From positions 1,948-65,947 of the forward strand of contig JANXCT010000005.1 of assembly GCA_025059875.1 (NCBI GenBank): a DNA stretch of 64,000 nucleotides, in the 5' to 3' direction. The notes beneath the pieces were generated by a model. It saw only the letters and a program-made list of their open reading frames with translations, was not told the DNA's origin and did not search any database. The position numbers were made by a program, and so were the translations under genes. Origin of the DNA: Candidatus Kapaibacterium sp. Its GTDB lineage: Bacteria > Bacteroidota > Ignavibacteria > Kapaibacteriales > HRBIN21. Shown one piece after another: positions 50,023 to 60,760 of the stretch (positions are counted from its first letter, which is position 1; each line of letters starts with the position of its first letter).

Positions 50023-50883
50023 ATGGTGGCGTGGATCTGTGCCGCTGTTCTTGGGATGTGGCTTGCCCTTGCCGACGTTAGGGCACAGGAGACGAACGAC
50101 AAGGACGAGGAAGGAGCAGCACCGAGGCCGAAGCCCCTCGTTGAGCGGTTCCTCGAGGCACCGAGCATTGCAGTCTACTATGGAACGGGACGTTTGGGCC
50201 GTGAGGGGGTTACGCAAGACTTCCATCCGGTGGGCGCTCTGACACTCCACCTCGGTTCGGCCGACCTGGAACCATTGCGGCGCTATAAGGACCTTGCTGA
50301 GTATCAGCGCAACTACCTGCACTTGGGGTTTGGGGCTGCAACCTTGGGAATTGGCGGGAAGACCGGGGCATTAGCTTCGCAGTGGTGGCGTTTTGGGGTT
50401 GGACAGGAGACAGGCTATGGCTACCCCTTTGGTGCAGCCGGCGCTGTGCTTTTGACCCACGGTGGGGGACTCCAGTGGGCAATCCTACGCTTCCGCGATG
50501 CGATCTCGGAGGGGCTTGTGCCATACCATGACCGGCTCCGTTTTGGGACCCTGCGCGATGGAGCGATCTGGGTTCAGTTCACCCCGCTGTTGGGCTTAGG
50601 GGTCTCGTTTGAGCGAGGGGTGATATTCCTGGCTCATCTATTCTGGAAGCATCTGGGCAGCCTGGTGCTGGAAGGGGCTGGACACGCGCTGGTAGACGAG
50701 TTCGTTCGGCGGGTGCTCCGAGCAAGGACGCCAGAGGCAGCACCGATTGTGGCCTTCCTCCTCCACAATGGGCTAGCCATTGGCTGGTATGAGCTCTTGC
50801 GTCAGCGGATGCATTGGCCTTTCGCCACTCCCTCGCCGCTGTGGAACGACGCAGTCCGCTTCCATGTGCAGTGGCTGTTCTGA
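50023..50883 (+). CDS. Hypothetical outer-membrane protein
   Basis: The internal ATG gives signal peptide MVAWICAAVLGMWLALADVRAQE. Gly/aromatic-rich body. C-terminus ...FHVQWLF ends in Phe, as in many OM beta-barrels. Confidence 0.5.
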   Translation: MVAWICAAVLGMWLALADVRAQETNDKDEEGAAPRPKPLVERFLEAPSIAVYYGTGRLGREGVTQDFHPVGALTLHLGSADLEPLRRYKDLAEYQRNYLHLGFGAATLGIGGKTGALASQWWRFGVGQETGYGYPFGAAGAVLLTHGGGLQWAILRFRDAISEGLVPYHDRLRFGTLRDGAIWVQFTPLLGLGVSFERGVIFLAHLFWKHLGSLVLEGAGHALVDEFVRRVLRARTPEAAPIVAFLLHNGLAIGWYELLRQRMHWPFATPSPLWNDAVRFHVQWLF

Positions 50884-50907
50884 AGCCATCTCTGCTCTGG
50901 AGCGTCG

Positions 50908-50915
50908 TAATTTTG
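50908..50915 (+). promoter_or_regulatory. Candidate -7 promoter box TAATTTTG upstream of rpmG-guaB
   Basis: Exact TAnnTTTG match 40 nt upstream of the rpmG ATG. Confidence 0.4.
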
Positions 50916-50955
50916 TGGACACTGGCTGTCTCACAGAGAGGCGCGGCTATTAGCA

Positions 50956-51138
50956 ATGGCCAAGAAGAAGGGAGCTCGTGTATTGGTGATTCTAGAGTGC
51001 ACCGAAGCGAAGAAGGAAGGCAAGCCGGCTTCACGATACGTGACGACGAAGAACCGACAGAATACTCCGGGCCGCTTGGAGCTCCGTAAGTACAACCCCT
51101 TCCTGCGGCGCCACACCCTGCACCGGGAGATTCGTTGA
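50956..51138 (+). CDS. rpmG: 50S ribosomal protein L33
   Basis: 60 aa. [22 protein letters not shown]...[33 protein letters not shown]. Confidence 0.9.
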   Translation: MAKKKGARVLVILECTEAKKEGKPASRYVTTKNRQNTPGRLELRKYNPFLRRHTLHREIR

Positions 51139-52662
<1,524 letters not shown>

Positions 52663-52667
52663 GCTCG

Positions 52668-53783
52668 ATGGTGAACAGCCGTCTCCGGTCTGCATTGGTG
52701 CAAGCGGCGCTCGTGCGCCTCGAACGACTGCGCGAACTCCTCCAATGCCAGCATCTGGAGGCACTCTGGCTGACGACCCTGTCTCACATCCGATATCTGA
52801 CGGGCTTTTCGGGTTCGTCGGCCTCTGTGCTTATCACTGCGGAAGCAGTGCACTTCTTTACCGACGACCGTTACGACGAGCAGGTTCGCCACGAGCTCTT
52901 CCCGGTGCCCGGGCTGGCCATCCACATCACTCGGGAGCCGGTCGCCGTCGTAGCACAGCAGGGGCTGCTTCGGGGTATTGCTACGGTTGGGTTCGAGATA
53001 TCGCTGAGCTATGGGACGGTTCTGGAGCTTCGGCGGCGCTGGCGCCCTTCCCGGCTCATCCCGTTTCGGGGGAAACTGGATGAGCTCTTCATAGTGAAGA
53101 CGCCGGCTGAGATAGAGCTGCTGCGGAGAGCTGCGCTCATCGCTTCGCGCACCTTCGAGGCAGTTCTAGAGAGTGTTCGCCCGGGGATGACGGAGCATGA
53201 AGTGGCGGCAGAGATCTCTTACCGTGCTCGCCAATTCGGCTCGGAGGGGGATGCCTTCCCGATCATTGTGGCCAGCGGTGAACGAAGCGCCCTCCCGCAC
53301 GGACGTGCGTCAGCGCGCCGCTTGCGGAAGAACGACGTCATCACGGTAGACTTCGGCTGTATTGTCGGCGGTTACGTGTCCGATATCACCCGCACCTTCG
53401 TGCTTGGGCGCGCAAGTACCGACCAACGTCGGGTCTACCAGGTTGTCCGGGAAGCCCAGGAGCAGGCACTGGAGGCTCTCCAAGCGGGAGTTCGAGCGCG
53501 TGAGGCCGATGCTACGGCACGCCGCGTTATTGAGGCGGCTGGCTTTGGAGCTTATTTCCGCCATAGCCTTGGGCATGGAATCGGCCGTAGCGTTCATGAA
53601 CCGCCGGCTCTCTCTCCTCGGGCACCGGTCCGGGCACGCCTCCCAGAAGGAGCCGTCGTCACGGTCGAGCCTGGTATCTACCTCCCCGGGAAGTTCGGCA
53701 TCCGTATAGAGGATGATGTCCACGTCACAGCCACCGGTGCTGTGCTGCTGACGACAGCTACGCGAGAGTTCCTCAGCGTTTGA
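52668..53783 (+). CDS. pepP: Xaa-Pro aminopeptidase (M24B)
   Basis: Creatinase-like N-domain plus DFGCIVGGYVSDITRT, HSLGHGIGRSVHEPP, VTVEPGIYLPGKFGIRIEDDV. Confidence 0.85.
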   Translation: MVNSRLRSALVQAALVRLERLRELLQCQHLEALWLTTLSHIRYLTGFSGSSASVLITAEAVHFFTDDRYDEQVRHELFPVPGLAIHITREPVAVVAQQGLLRGIATVGFEISLSYGTVLELRRRWRPSRLIPFRGKLDELFIVKTPAEIELLRRAALIASRTFEAVLESVRPGMTEHEVAAEISYRARQFGSEGDAFPIIVASGERSALPHGRASARRLRKNDVITVDFGCIVGGYVSDITRTFVLGRASTDQRRVYQVVREAQEQALEALQAGVRAREADATARRVIEAAGFGAYFRHSLGHGIGRSVHEPPALSPRAPVRARLPEGAVVTVEPGIYLPGKFGIRIEDDVHVTATGAVLLTTATREFLSV

Positions 53784-53796
53784 GCTCCGGTACTGA

Positions 53797-55086
53797 ATGG
53801 AACAGCCACGGCAGCGGGTGCTGGTCATTGCTTACTATTTCCCGCCGCTTGGGACGAGTGGAGTACTGCGGGTAGCGAAGTTCGTTAAGTACCTGCGAGA
53901 CTACGGATGGGAACCGATTGTATTGACGGCGACTCCGACAGCATACTTCGCCTTCGACCAGTACCTACTGCAGGAGTTAGAAGAGCGTCGCATCCCGATC
54001 TATCGTACCTCCGACGATGGCAGTCCTTGGTGGGTACGTCGGTGGGCGGCCACTCAGCCGACCGTTCCGCTACCTGCGGAGTGGGTTCACTGGCTCTGGC
54101 TGCGCTGGAATCAGCTACGCTGGATTCCTGACCGTGCGGTCCGATGGCGCTGCCAAGCGTTGGCATTGGGACGGGAGCTCATCCGGGAGTACAAGCCCGC
54201 CATCATCTTTGCCACGGCCCCGCCCTTCACCGATCTCCTCATTGCGGCCGAGCTAGCGGAGCAATCGGAGCTACCGTACATTGTTGACTACCGAGATCCG
54301 TGGTGCGGTGATCCAGAGCGGTGGTATCCTACGCCTTGGCACCGACGAGCCCATCAAACATTGGAGCGAGGTGTGTTGACCCGAATGGCACGCGCTACTG
54401 TTGTTACTCGAGGGCTCAAGGAGCACCTCTTGCGGCAGTACCCTAGACTGCTGACCCACGAGGACATCGTCATCATCCCGCATGGCTACGACAGTGAGGA
54501 CTTTGCACGGGCCGGCAACGTAGAGCCACCCCCGGACCGGTTGGTGGTGAGTTTCGTTGGGACTCTTAAGCACGGCAATCCAAGGACGATCTTGGAAGCA
54601 TTCGCTCGGTTTGTACAGCAGCGGCCAGAAGCGCGGCGCCACCTACAGATCCGCTTCGTAGGCCTCATCCGCCCTGAACATCAGCAGATGGTGCGACGTC
54701 TGGGATTGGAGGACATCGTACAGGTGCAGGGCTACGTCCCGCATCTAGAGGCAATTCGGTACATGCTTAGCTCCCATGTCCTCTGGGTGGAGAATCGTCC
54801 ATTAGGGTCACCAGCAAAGCTCTTTGAGTACTTCGGCGCTCGACGGACAATCTTGGCCTGCGTACCTCCGGAGTCGCCGATTCAGCCCTTACTAGAGGCC
54901 AGCGGTGCCGCCTTTTGGGTGAAGCCGGGCGATATTGAGGTTGCAACTAACCACGTTGCTGAACTCTACGAACGCTGGCGAGAAAGAGCGCTCCCAGTGC
55001 CTTCTGAGGAGTTTATACGGGGCTTTGAGCGCCGACTGCTGACCGGTGAGCTAGCGCGCTTGCTCAGCCTGCATGCTGCCTTGTAG
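53797..55086 (+). CDS. Glycosyltransferase (GT4/GT1-like)
   Basis: 429 aa. VLVIAYYFPPLGTSGVLRVAKFVKYL N-terminus and a GT-B-like C-terminal half. Confidence 0.7.
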   Translation: MEQPRQRVLVIAYYFPPLGTSGVLRVAKFVKYLRDYGWEPIVLTATPTAYFAFDQYLLQELEERRIPIYRTSDDGSPWWVRRWAATQPTVPLPAEWVHWLWLRWNQLRWIPDRAVRWRCQALALGRELIREYKPAIIFATAPPFTDLLIAAELAEQSELPYIVDYRDPWCGDPERWYPTPWHRRAHQTLERGVLTRMARATVVTRGLKEHLLRQYPRLLTHEDIVIIPHGYDSEDFARAGNVEPPPDRLVVSFVGTLKHGNPRTILEAFARFVQQRPEARRHLQIRFVGLIRPEHQQMVRRLGLEDIVQVQGYVPHLEAIRYMLSSHVLWVENRPLGSPAKLFEYFGARRTILACVPPESPIQPLLEASGAAFWVKPGDIEVATNHVAELYERWRERALPVPSEEFIRGFERRLLTGELARLLSLHAAL

Positions 55087-55092
55087 AGGGAC

Positions 55093-55162
55093 CTGAAGTG
55101 ACCGCCGTCGTAGGGAGCACCGTAGTCGTAGGGAGTGCTGTGAAGGCGGAGTAGCACTTCAG
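55093..55162 (+). other. Extended imperfect stem-loop containing an internal 11-nt direct repeat
   Basis: CTGAAGTG (55093-55100) pairs with CACTTCAG (55155-55162). CCGCC (55102-55106) pairs with GGCGG (55145-55149). GTCGTAGGGAG occurs twice inside, 18 nt apart. It lies 7 nt after the glycosyltransferase stop. There is no T-tract. Confidence 0.45.
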
Positions 55163-55188
55163 ATTAGCTTAGAATTGGGCGATGACGG

Positions 55189-55518
55189 TTGCGCAGCTCT
55201 AAGGCAACATCTGCAAGAGCTCAGGCAAGCGGAGGGGGTGCTCTTGCCCTTGTGCGCAACTACCAGCTTCTCGGGTCCGGCAGATGCAAATGTCGTTGGA
55301 GGCTTACCTGCCTTGGCTATGCTGCTGCAGAAAGCTTTGCCCAGCTCGCTTCTCGTAGAGTGTACTTCGTGAGCTTCGTGGCTGGAACTACAACTGTGCT
55401 CTGCCCTGGCAAGCGACTGCTGTTACCGGACCTGGAGGCTAGATGTTCGCTGGCGGATCCCATAACTCTGGAGCAGCTTCGGACGTGGGGAGCGCAACAC
55501 CTGGATGCCGTGGAATAG
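55189..55518 (+). pseudogene. nadA: Quinolinate synthase (nadA) 5' fragment, diverged and truncated
   Basis: ALALVRNYQ ... VYFVSFVAGTTTVLCPGKRLLLPDLEARCSLADPITLEQLRTWGAQHLDA aligns by eye with NadA (ILAHNYQ ... GVxFMAETAKILxPxKxVLLPDLxAxCSLAD ... HPDA). It stops after about one third of a normal NadA. A neighbouring frame (55175-55372) also carries NadA-like residues. Confidence 0.55.
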
Positions 55519-55569
55519 CAAAGCGGACGCAGGAGGTCCTCTGGAGGTTGCCGGGAGCGGGCTGAGAAG

Positions 55570-56235
55570 CTACTGCGTCAAGACCCACACGACGATATTG
55601 GTGCCGAACTTCAAGGCCGCCTCGCGTTTCTCTGGAGGATCGTTGTGCACCTCAGGGTCTGCCCATCCGTCGCTGGGGTTGCTCTCGTAGGTGTAGAGCA
55701 CGCAGAGCCGCCCCTCATGGAAGATGCCGAAAGCTTGGGCGGGCTTAGCATCGTGCTCATGGATTTTCGGGACACCGTGTGGGAATCGGAAGTGGCAGTG
55801 GAAGAGGCCGTACGAGAAGGGGAGTTCCACGAATTCCTTGTCGGGAAAGACCTTGCGCATCTCGCGGCGGATGGCGGTGTCTAGTCCGTAGTCGTCGTCT
55901 ATGTAGAGGAACCCGCCGTTGAGCAGGTAGGCGCGCAGCCGGCGTGCTTCTTCAGGTGTGAAGACGACGTTGCCGTGCCCCGTCAGAAACAGCATTGGGT
56001 ACTGGAAGATAGCGTCGCTACTGAGCTCCACGTACTCGAAGACCGGGTCTACGGGAATCGTGGTGTGCTGCTGGACGAATCGGAGGAGGTTGACCTCTGC
56101 CGAAGGGTCGTTGTACCAATCCCCTCCACCGCCGTATTTGACGCGGGCAATCTTGAAGGCCCCTTTCGGTGCCTGGCCTTCTGAGGAGAGAGGGGATAGC
56201 ACCAACAGGCAGGTGAGAAGCAAGACAGAGGGCAT
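55570..56235 (-). CDS. DUF4159 domain protein (secreted)
   Basis: Signal peptide, then KIARVKYGGGGDWYNDPSAEVNLLRFV ... MLFLTGHGNVVFT ... GGFLYIDDDYG, the pattern of DUF4159. Confidence 0.7.
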   Translation of the reverse strand: MPSVLLLTCLLVLSPLSSEGQAPKGAFKIARVKYGGGGDWYNDPSAEVNLLRFVQQHTTIPVDPVFEYVELSSDAIFQYPMLFLTGHGNVVFTPEEARRLRAYLLNGGFLYIDDDYGLDTAIRREMRKVFPDKEFVELPFSYGLFHCHFRFPHGVPKIHEHDAKPAQAFGIFHEGRLCVLYTYESNPSDGWADPEVHNDPPEKREAALKFGTNIVVWVLTQ

Positions 56236-56319
56236 GGTACTTCCTAGTAGACTACTGTCGTTTCCTCGCCGATGAAAGACGTTTCGCGCGGAAAGCTATG
56301 GCACTTCCAGGGACCAGCC

Positions 56320-56327
56320 TAATTTTG
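56320..56327 (+). promoter_or_regulatory. Candidate -7 promoter box TAATTTTG upstream of murF
   Basis: Exact TAnnTTTG match 22 nt upstream of the murF ATG, in the divergent intergenic region. Confidence 0.4.
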
Positions 56328-56349
56328 CAGCGCCTGTAGTTGTGCGGAT

Positions 56350-57801
56350 ATGGAGCCGTGCATTCCGGACGTCGTGTGGTGGGGATGGGAGCTCCGGAGC
56401 TTGCTTGCGGAGGCTGCTGAGGGCGTCGCGGAGGAAGAGTGCTTTCAAGGGCTGACGATAGATTCCCGTAAGCCGGCAGTGGGAGGCATCTTCGTAGCGC
56501 TGCGAGGACGGACGGTAGATGCTCACACGAAGTTGCCCGAAGCCTTTGCTGGGGGAGTCAAATTGGCAATCGTTGAACGGCGGAGTTGGGTTCACTTCCC
56601 TGCAGAGTGGCATCAGCGGTACCGCTGCCTCCCGGTAGCGGATCCGCTAAAAGTGTTGGGGGAGCTAGCGCGGCTCCATCGCCGGAGATTTGCTCTCCCG
56701 GTGGTTGCGATTGCGGGATCTGCCGGCAAGACGACAACGAAAGAGTTACTGGCCTCCGTGCTTGCCACGCGTTTCCGCGTTCTGAAGACCGCTGGGAATG
56801 AGAATAACGCCTTGGGTGTGCCCTTGACCCTACTGCAGCTCCGCTCGGAGTACGAGGTTGCTGTTGTAGAGATCGGTACAAGCTCCTTCGGGGAGGTTGC
56901 TCGCCTGTGTCAAATCGCACAGCCGACGCACGGTGTCATTACAGCGATTGGTGAGGAGCATCTGGAACAGCTGGGTTCCCTTAGAGGGGTCCAGCAGGAA
57001 GAGACAGCACTAGTGCGGTATCTGCAGAGTCGCGGTGGGATAGCGGTGCTGCCGGCCGGAAGTGGTTTAGAGCGAGACTATCCAGGCGTGCGGACGTTTG
57101 GAATGACGCCTGAAGCAGACGTGATGGCAGAGGTGGCCTTCACTGCTGATGGGCGTGCCCTATTACGTCTGCGGTATGGCGCTGAGCACTGTGAGTGTCA
57201 GCTACGGCTGCTTGGTCCTGCGGGAGCACGGTCAGCCATGGCTGCGGCTGCCGCGGCTTGGGTGCTTGGACTGAGTGCGGAGGAGACGGCCCAAGGACTC
57301 TCTGCCTACGACCCCCAGCCTTCCCAAGAGGGCTATGCTCGGATGGTACTCATGCAGCTGCCGAACGGAATTCAGGTGCTCAACGACACGTACAATGCAA
57401 ATCCTCTCTCCATGCGGGTAGCTCTAGAGACACTGCGCCAGCTTCCGTGTTGCGGGCGCCGATGGGCTGTACTGGGAGATATGCTGGAGCTGGGGCCGGC
57501 ACTTGAGGAGGCCCACAGGACCGTTCTGCGGCAGGCCCTCGAGAGTGCTGAGGTAGTCTGCGTATTTGGTGACGCCTTTGCCCGAGTTGCAGCTGATTAC
57601 CCCGACGTATACATTGCAACTTCTCACGAGGAGTTGGCAGAGCGGTTGTGGCAGGAAGCACGGCCTGGAGACTTAGTGCTTTTGAAGGGCTCTCGTGGGA
57701 TGGCGATGGAGCGTGTAGTGGGTCTGTACCAGCAGAGAGTAAGGATGGGGAAGGGTAGCGATGTTGTACCATCTGGCGCTGTGGATCTGGAAGACCTTTG
57801 A
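56350..57801 (+). CDS. murF: UDP-N-acetylmuramoyl-tripeptide--D-alanyl-D-alanine ligase
   Basis: LTIDSRKPAVGGIFVALRGRTVDAH, P-loop IAGSAGKTTTKELLA, Mur ligase C-domain. The 3' end overlaps mraY by 41 nt. Confidence 0.9.
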   Translation: MEPCIPDVVWWGWELRSLLAEAAEGVAEEECFQGLTIDSRKPAVGGIFVALRGRTVDAHTKLPEAFAGGVKLAIVERRSWVHFPAEWHQRYRCLPVADPLKVLGELARLHRRRFALPVVAIAGSAGKTTTKELLASVLATRFRVLKTAGNENNALGVPLTLLQLRSEYEVAVVEIGTSSFGEVARLCQIAQPTHGVITAIGEEHLEQLGSLRGVQQEETALVRYLQSRGGIAVLPAGSGLERDYPGVRTFGMTPEADVMAEVAFTADGRALLRLRYGAEHCECQLRLLGPAGARSAMAAAAAAWVLGLSAEETAQGLSAYDPQPSQEGYARMVLMQLPNGIQVLNDTYNANPLSMRVALETLRQLPCCGRRWAVLGDMLELGPALEEAHRTVLRQALESAEVVCVFGDAFARVAADYPDVYIATSHEELAERLWQEARPGDLVLLKGSRGMAMERVVGLYQQRVRMGKGSDVVPSGAVDLEDL

Positions 57802-58891
57802 TCCCCCGGGGTTCGGGGTATTCCAGTACGTTACCTTTCGGGTGGCAGCGGCAGCGATCACAGCGTTGGTCATTTCGTTCGTCGTAGGGCCACTCCTCAT
57901 CCGCTTCCTACGCCGCCGCCATTTCCAAGAGCACGGTAAGCCCGAACTCCAAGCGGTTGGCAATCATGCCCAGAAGCACGGGACCCCCACGATGGGCGGA
58001 CTCATCCTCCTACTGGCGATCGTTGTCCCGACCCTGCTGTGGGCGAACGTAGCGAATGGGATGGTCGTGGCCATCCTGGTGGTCGTCCTATGGTTGGGGG
58101 TGGTGGGGTTCGTGGACGATTACCTCAAGGTTGTCAAGCGCTTGCCGAATGGGCTCATTGGGCGGTACAAGCTTTTGGGGCAGGTGTCGATTGGACTGGG
58201 GTTGGGACTTGCGATTGTATGCTGGCCGGAGTGGTTCTCCAGCAGCTACCCGGCAGTAGCCACGCAGACAACCGTCCCCTTCGCGAAGGATGTAAATCTC
58301 GACTGGGGACTGCTCTACGTCCCGATGGTTGTGCTGGTTGTCACAGCGACTTCCAATGCTGTGAATCTGACCGACGGGCTGGATGGATTAGCAGTGGGGA
58401 CCGTGGGGATTGCTGCTCTGGCGATGGCACTCATTGCATACGTGTCGGGTAATGCGGTGTTCGCTGACTACCTAAACATTGTACACCTCCGTGGGGCCGA
58501 TGAGCTGAGCATCTTCTGCGCGGCTATGGTAGGAGCTGCAATGGGCTTCCTCTGGTTCAACACGTACCCAGCGCAGGTCTTCATGGGGGATACAGGCTCA
58601 CTGGCGCTTGGAGGTGCGTTAGGGGCTTTGGCCGTCTTGCTCAAAAAGGAGCTGCTGTTGCCAATCCTTGGAGGCATCTTCGTGGCAGAGGCACTCTCCG
58701 TTATCCTCCAGGTGGCCTACTTCAAGTACACGAAGTGGCGGTACGGTGAGGGGCGTCGGCTCTTCCGAATGGCACCGCTCCACCACCACTTTGAGCGCTG
58801 TGGATGGCACGAAGCGCAGGTGGTCGTGCGTTTCTACATCATCGCTGTCATCTTGGCAATCCTGACGATGACGACGTTCAAGGTGCGGTGA
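57761..58891 (+). CDS. mraY: Phospho-N-acetylmuramoyl-pentapeptide transferase
   Basis: 376 aa, polytopic. NAVNLTDGLDGLA and PAQVFMGDTGSLALGG motifs. Confidence 0.95.
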   Translation: MLYHLALWIWKTFDPPGFGVFQYVTFRVAAAAITALVISFVVGPLLIRFLRRRHFQEHGKPELQAVGNHAQKHGTPTMGGLILLLAIVVPTLLWANVANGMVVAILVVVLWLGVVGFVDDYLKVVKRLPNGLIGRYKLLGQVSIGLGLGLAIVCWPEWFSSSYPAVATQTTVPFAKDVNLDWGLLYVPMVVLVVTATSNAVNLTDGLDGLAVGTVGIAALAMALIAYVSGNAVFADYLNIVHLRGADELSIFCAAMVGAAMGFLWFNTYPAQVFMGDTGSLALGGALGALAVLLKKELLLPILGGIFVAEALSVILQVAYFKYTKWRYGEGRRLFRMAPLHHHFERCGWHEAQVVVRFYIIAVILAILTMTTFKVR

Positions 58892-58936
58892 GGGGTTGCG
58901 TGGAGGGAGCCTGTACGGTGACTGGAGAGTAGGGCA

Positions 58937-59944
58937 ATGAAGTGTGCGGTTCTCACTGGTGGCGGAGACTGCCCAGGCATGAATGCATTTGTCCGGGCTG
59001 TGGTGCGGACTACGTTCAACCTCAGCCCGGAGAGTAGCGTCTGGGGAGTCTTGGACGGCTGGAAAGGGCTAGTGTACAACGAGTACCGCCCTTTGAATAA
59101 GCGCGACGTCTCCGGCATCGCAGCGCTAGGCGGGACGATTTTGGGGACAATGCGTTTTCCTGAGCTAGCAACAGATCAATCCCTCCAGGAGCGAGCGGCA
59201 CGGAACTTGGAAGAGCAGGGGTTTGACTACTTGTTCGTCATCGGAGGCAATGGCAGTGTGAAAGCGGCGTGGACACTGGAGCAGATTCTGCGCCGGCAGG
59301 GATGGAGGACCCGGATTCTGGTAGCAGCCGGCTCTATTGATAACGATGTCTGCAACAACTACGGCACCTCGATCGGCTTCTACAGCGCTCTGGAGCGTAG
59401 CCTAGAGATGCTGAGCTGGATTCGGGACACGGCCAGCTCGCATCGTCGGGTCTACCTCATCCGCTCCATGGGGCGCGATTCGGCGTACTTAGCCTTCTAC
59501 GCTGGTATCATCGGTGGGGCTGAATACGCCATTCGGCCGCACGAGGACGTGGACTTCGAGCGCTTAGCAGAGATTGCGGCACAGCGCGATCGCGACACCA
59601 TCATCGTTGTAGCGGAAGCTTATCCGAAATCCCTGCGAGAAATCCAGCAGACGTTAGAGGAGATCTTTCGCCGCCGAGGGATTGACCGGGAGATTCGAGC
59701 CGTAGATATGAGCTACTTCCAGCGCGGCGGCAAGGCTTCGGTAACCGACATCTTGCGGGCTAGTTGGCTGGGTTATCGAATGGTTTGCGATGCTCTGAAG
59801 GGCTGTGGCAGCGGCTTCTACACGGCCTTCTACATCGGCCATGTACAGGAGCCGCTGCCTCTGGAGCTTGCTGCGGACGATGCCCGGACGAGCCATTTGG
59901 ACATCCCGCCGGAGGTTATCCGGATGGCAGTGGCACTGCGATGA
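58937..59944 (+). CDS. pfkA: 6-phosphofructokinase
   Basis: VLTGGGDCPGMNAFVRAVV, IGGNGS, SIDNDV motifs. ATP versus PPi dependence is not resolvable by eye. Confidence 0.85.
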   Translation: MKCAVLTGGGDCPGMNAFVRAVVRTTFNLSPESSVWGVLDGWKGLVYNEYRPLNKRDVSGIAALGGTILGTMRFPELATDQSLQERAARNLEEQGFDYLFVIGGNGSVKAAWTLEQILRRQGWRTRILVAAGSIDNDVCNNYGTSIGFYSALERSLEMLSWIRDTASSHRRVYLIRSMGRDSAYLAFYAGIIGGAEYAIRPHEDVDFERLAEIAAQRDRDTIIVVAEAYPKSLREIQQTLEEIFRRRGIDREIRAVDMSYFQRGGKASVTDILRASWLGYRMVCDALKGCGSGFYTAFYIGHVQEPLPLELAADDARTSHLDIPPEVIRMAVALR

Positions 59945-60756
59945 GCTATCTGCGAGTGTACGCGAGCATTGCGCGAGTGGGGCTCAGCGCTGCCCTCATG
60001 TACCGCACAAACTTCCTCTTCACAGCTGGCCTGACGGTCATTGTCGGCGTCACGGTCCAGCTCTTCCTCTGGCTTGCTGTCTACGGTTGGGGACAGAGAG
60101 CGACATTTGCGGGCGTACCTTTCGCCCAGATGGCGCTCTACATCGCTTGTGCTACCTTGAGCCTGGGGATTACGCGCGGGGGACGGGTGGAGCGGATGGT
60201 GGCGGAAGAGATTCGCACGGGCGAATTAGTCCGGTACCTACTGAAGCCGATTGCCCACGGCCCTGCCACGTTTGCAATGGCAGTGTCGGAGCGAATCGTA
60301 ACGTTTCCGGTGGTGCTTCTGCTGGCGTTGGTGGCCGTAGGGATAACGCTTCCGTGGTTGCCACTACACGTCGGTATTGAGCGGGTGCTCTTAGCGGCCC
60401 CGTTTTTGGTCGTTGGGATGGTGCTGAACTTCCTCATGGGGCTCGGTATCTCGTACCTAGCCTTCTGGATGGATGAGGTGTGGACGCTGCATGTCATCAA
60501 GGACATCAGCCTATGGCTCCTCTCGGGACAACTGATGCCGCTTTCGCTGCTGCCCTACGAACTTCGGATAGTGTCGGAGTGGTTGCCCTTCCAATACCTT
60601 GCGTATGTCCCGGCAGGTATTGTCGCAGGTCTGATTCCAGCAGAGGAGTTGCCATTCTTCGGTCTACGTGCGATCGCGTGGTGTCTGCTGCTGATGGGGG
60701 GAGTAGCAGTGGTGTGGCGCTATGGACTCCGCCGCTTTGGCGGGTACGGAGGCTGA
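59941..60756 (+). CDS. ABC-2 family transporter permease
   Basis: 271 aa starting at the ATGA overlap with the pfkA stop. MSYLRVYASIARVGLSAALMYRTNFLF and six hydrophobic segments. Confidence 0.7.
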   Translation: MSYLRVYASIARVGLSAALMYRTNFLFTAGLTVIVGVTVQLFLWLAVYGWGQRATFAGVPFAQMALYIACATLSLGITRGGRVERMVAEEIRTGELVRYLLKPIAHGPATFAMAVSERIVTFPVVLLLALVAVGITLPWLPLHVGIERVLLAAPFLVVGMVLNFLMGLGISYLAFWMDEVWTLHVIKDISLWLLSGQLMPLSLLPYELRIVSEWLPFQYLAYVPAGIVAGLIPAEELPFFGLRAIAWCLLLMGGVAVVWRYGLRRFGGYGG

Positions 60757-60760
60757 GCCG

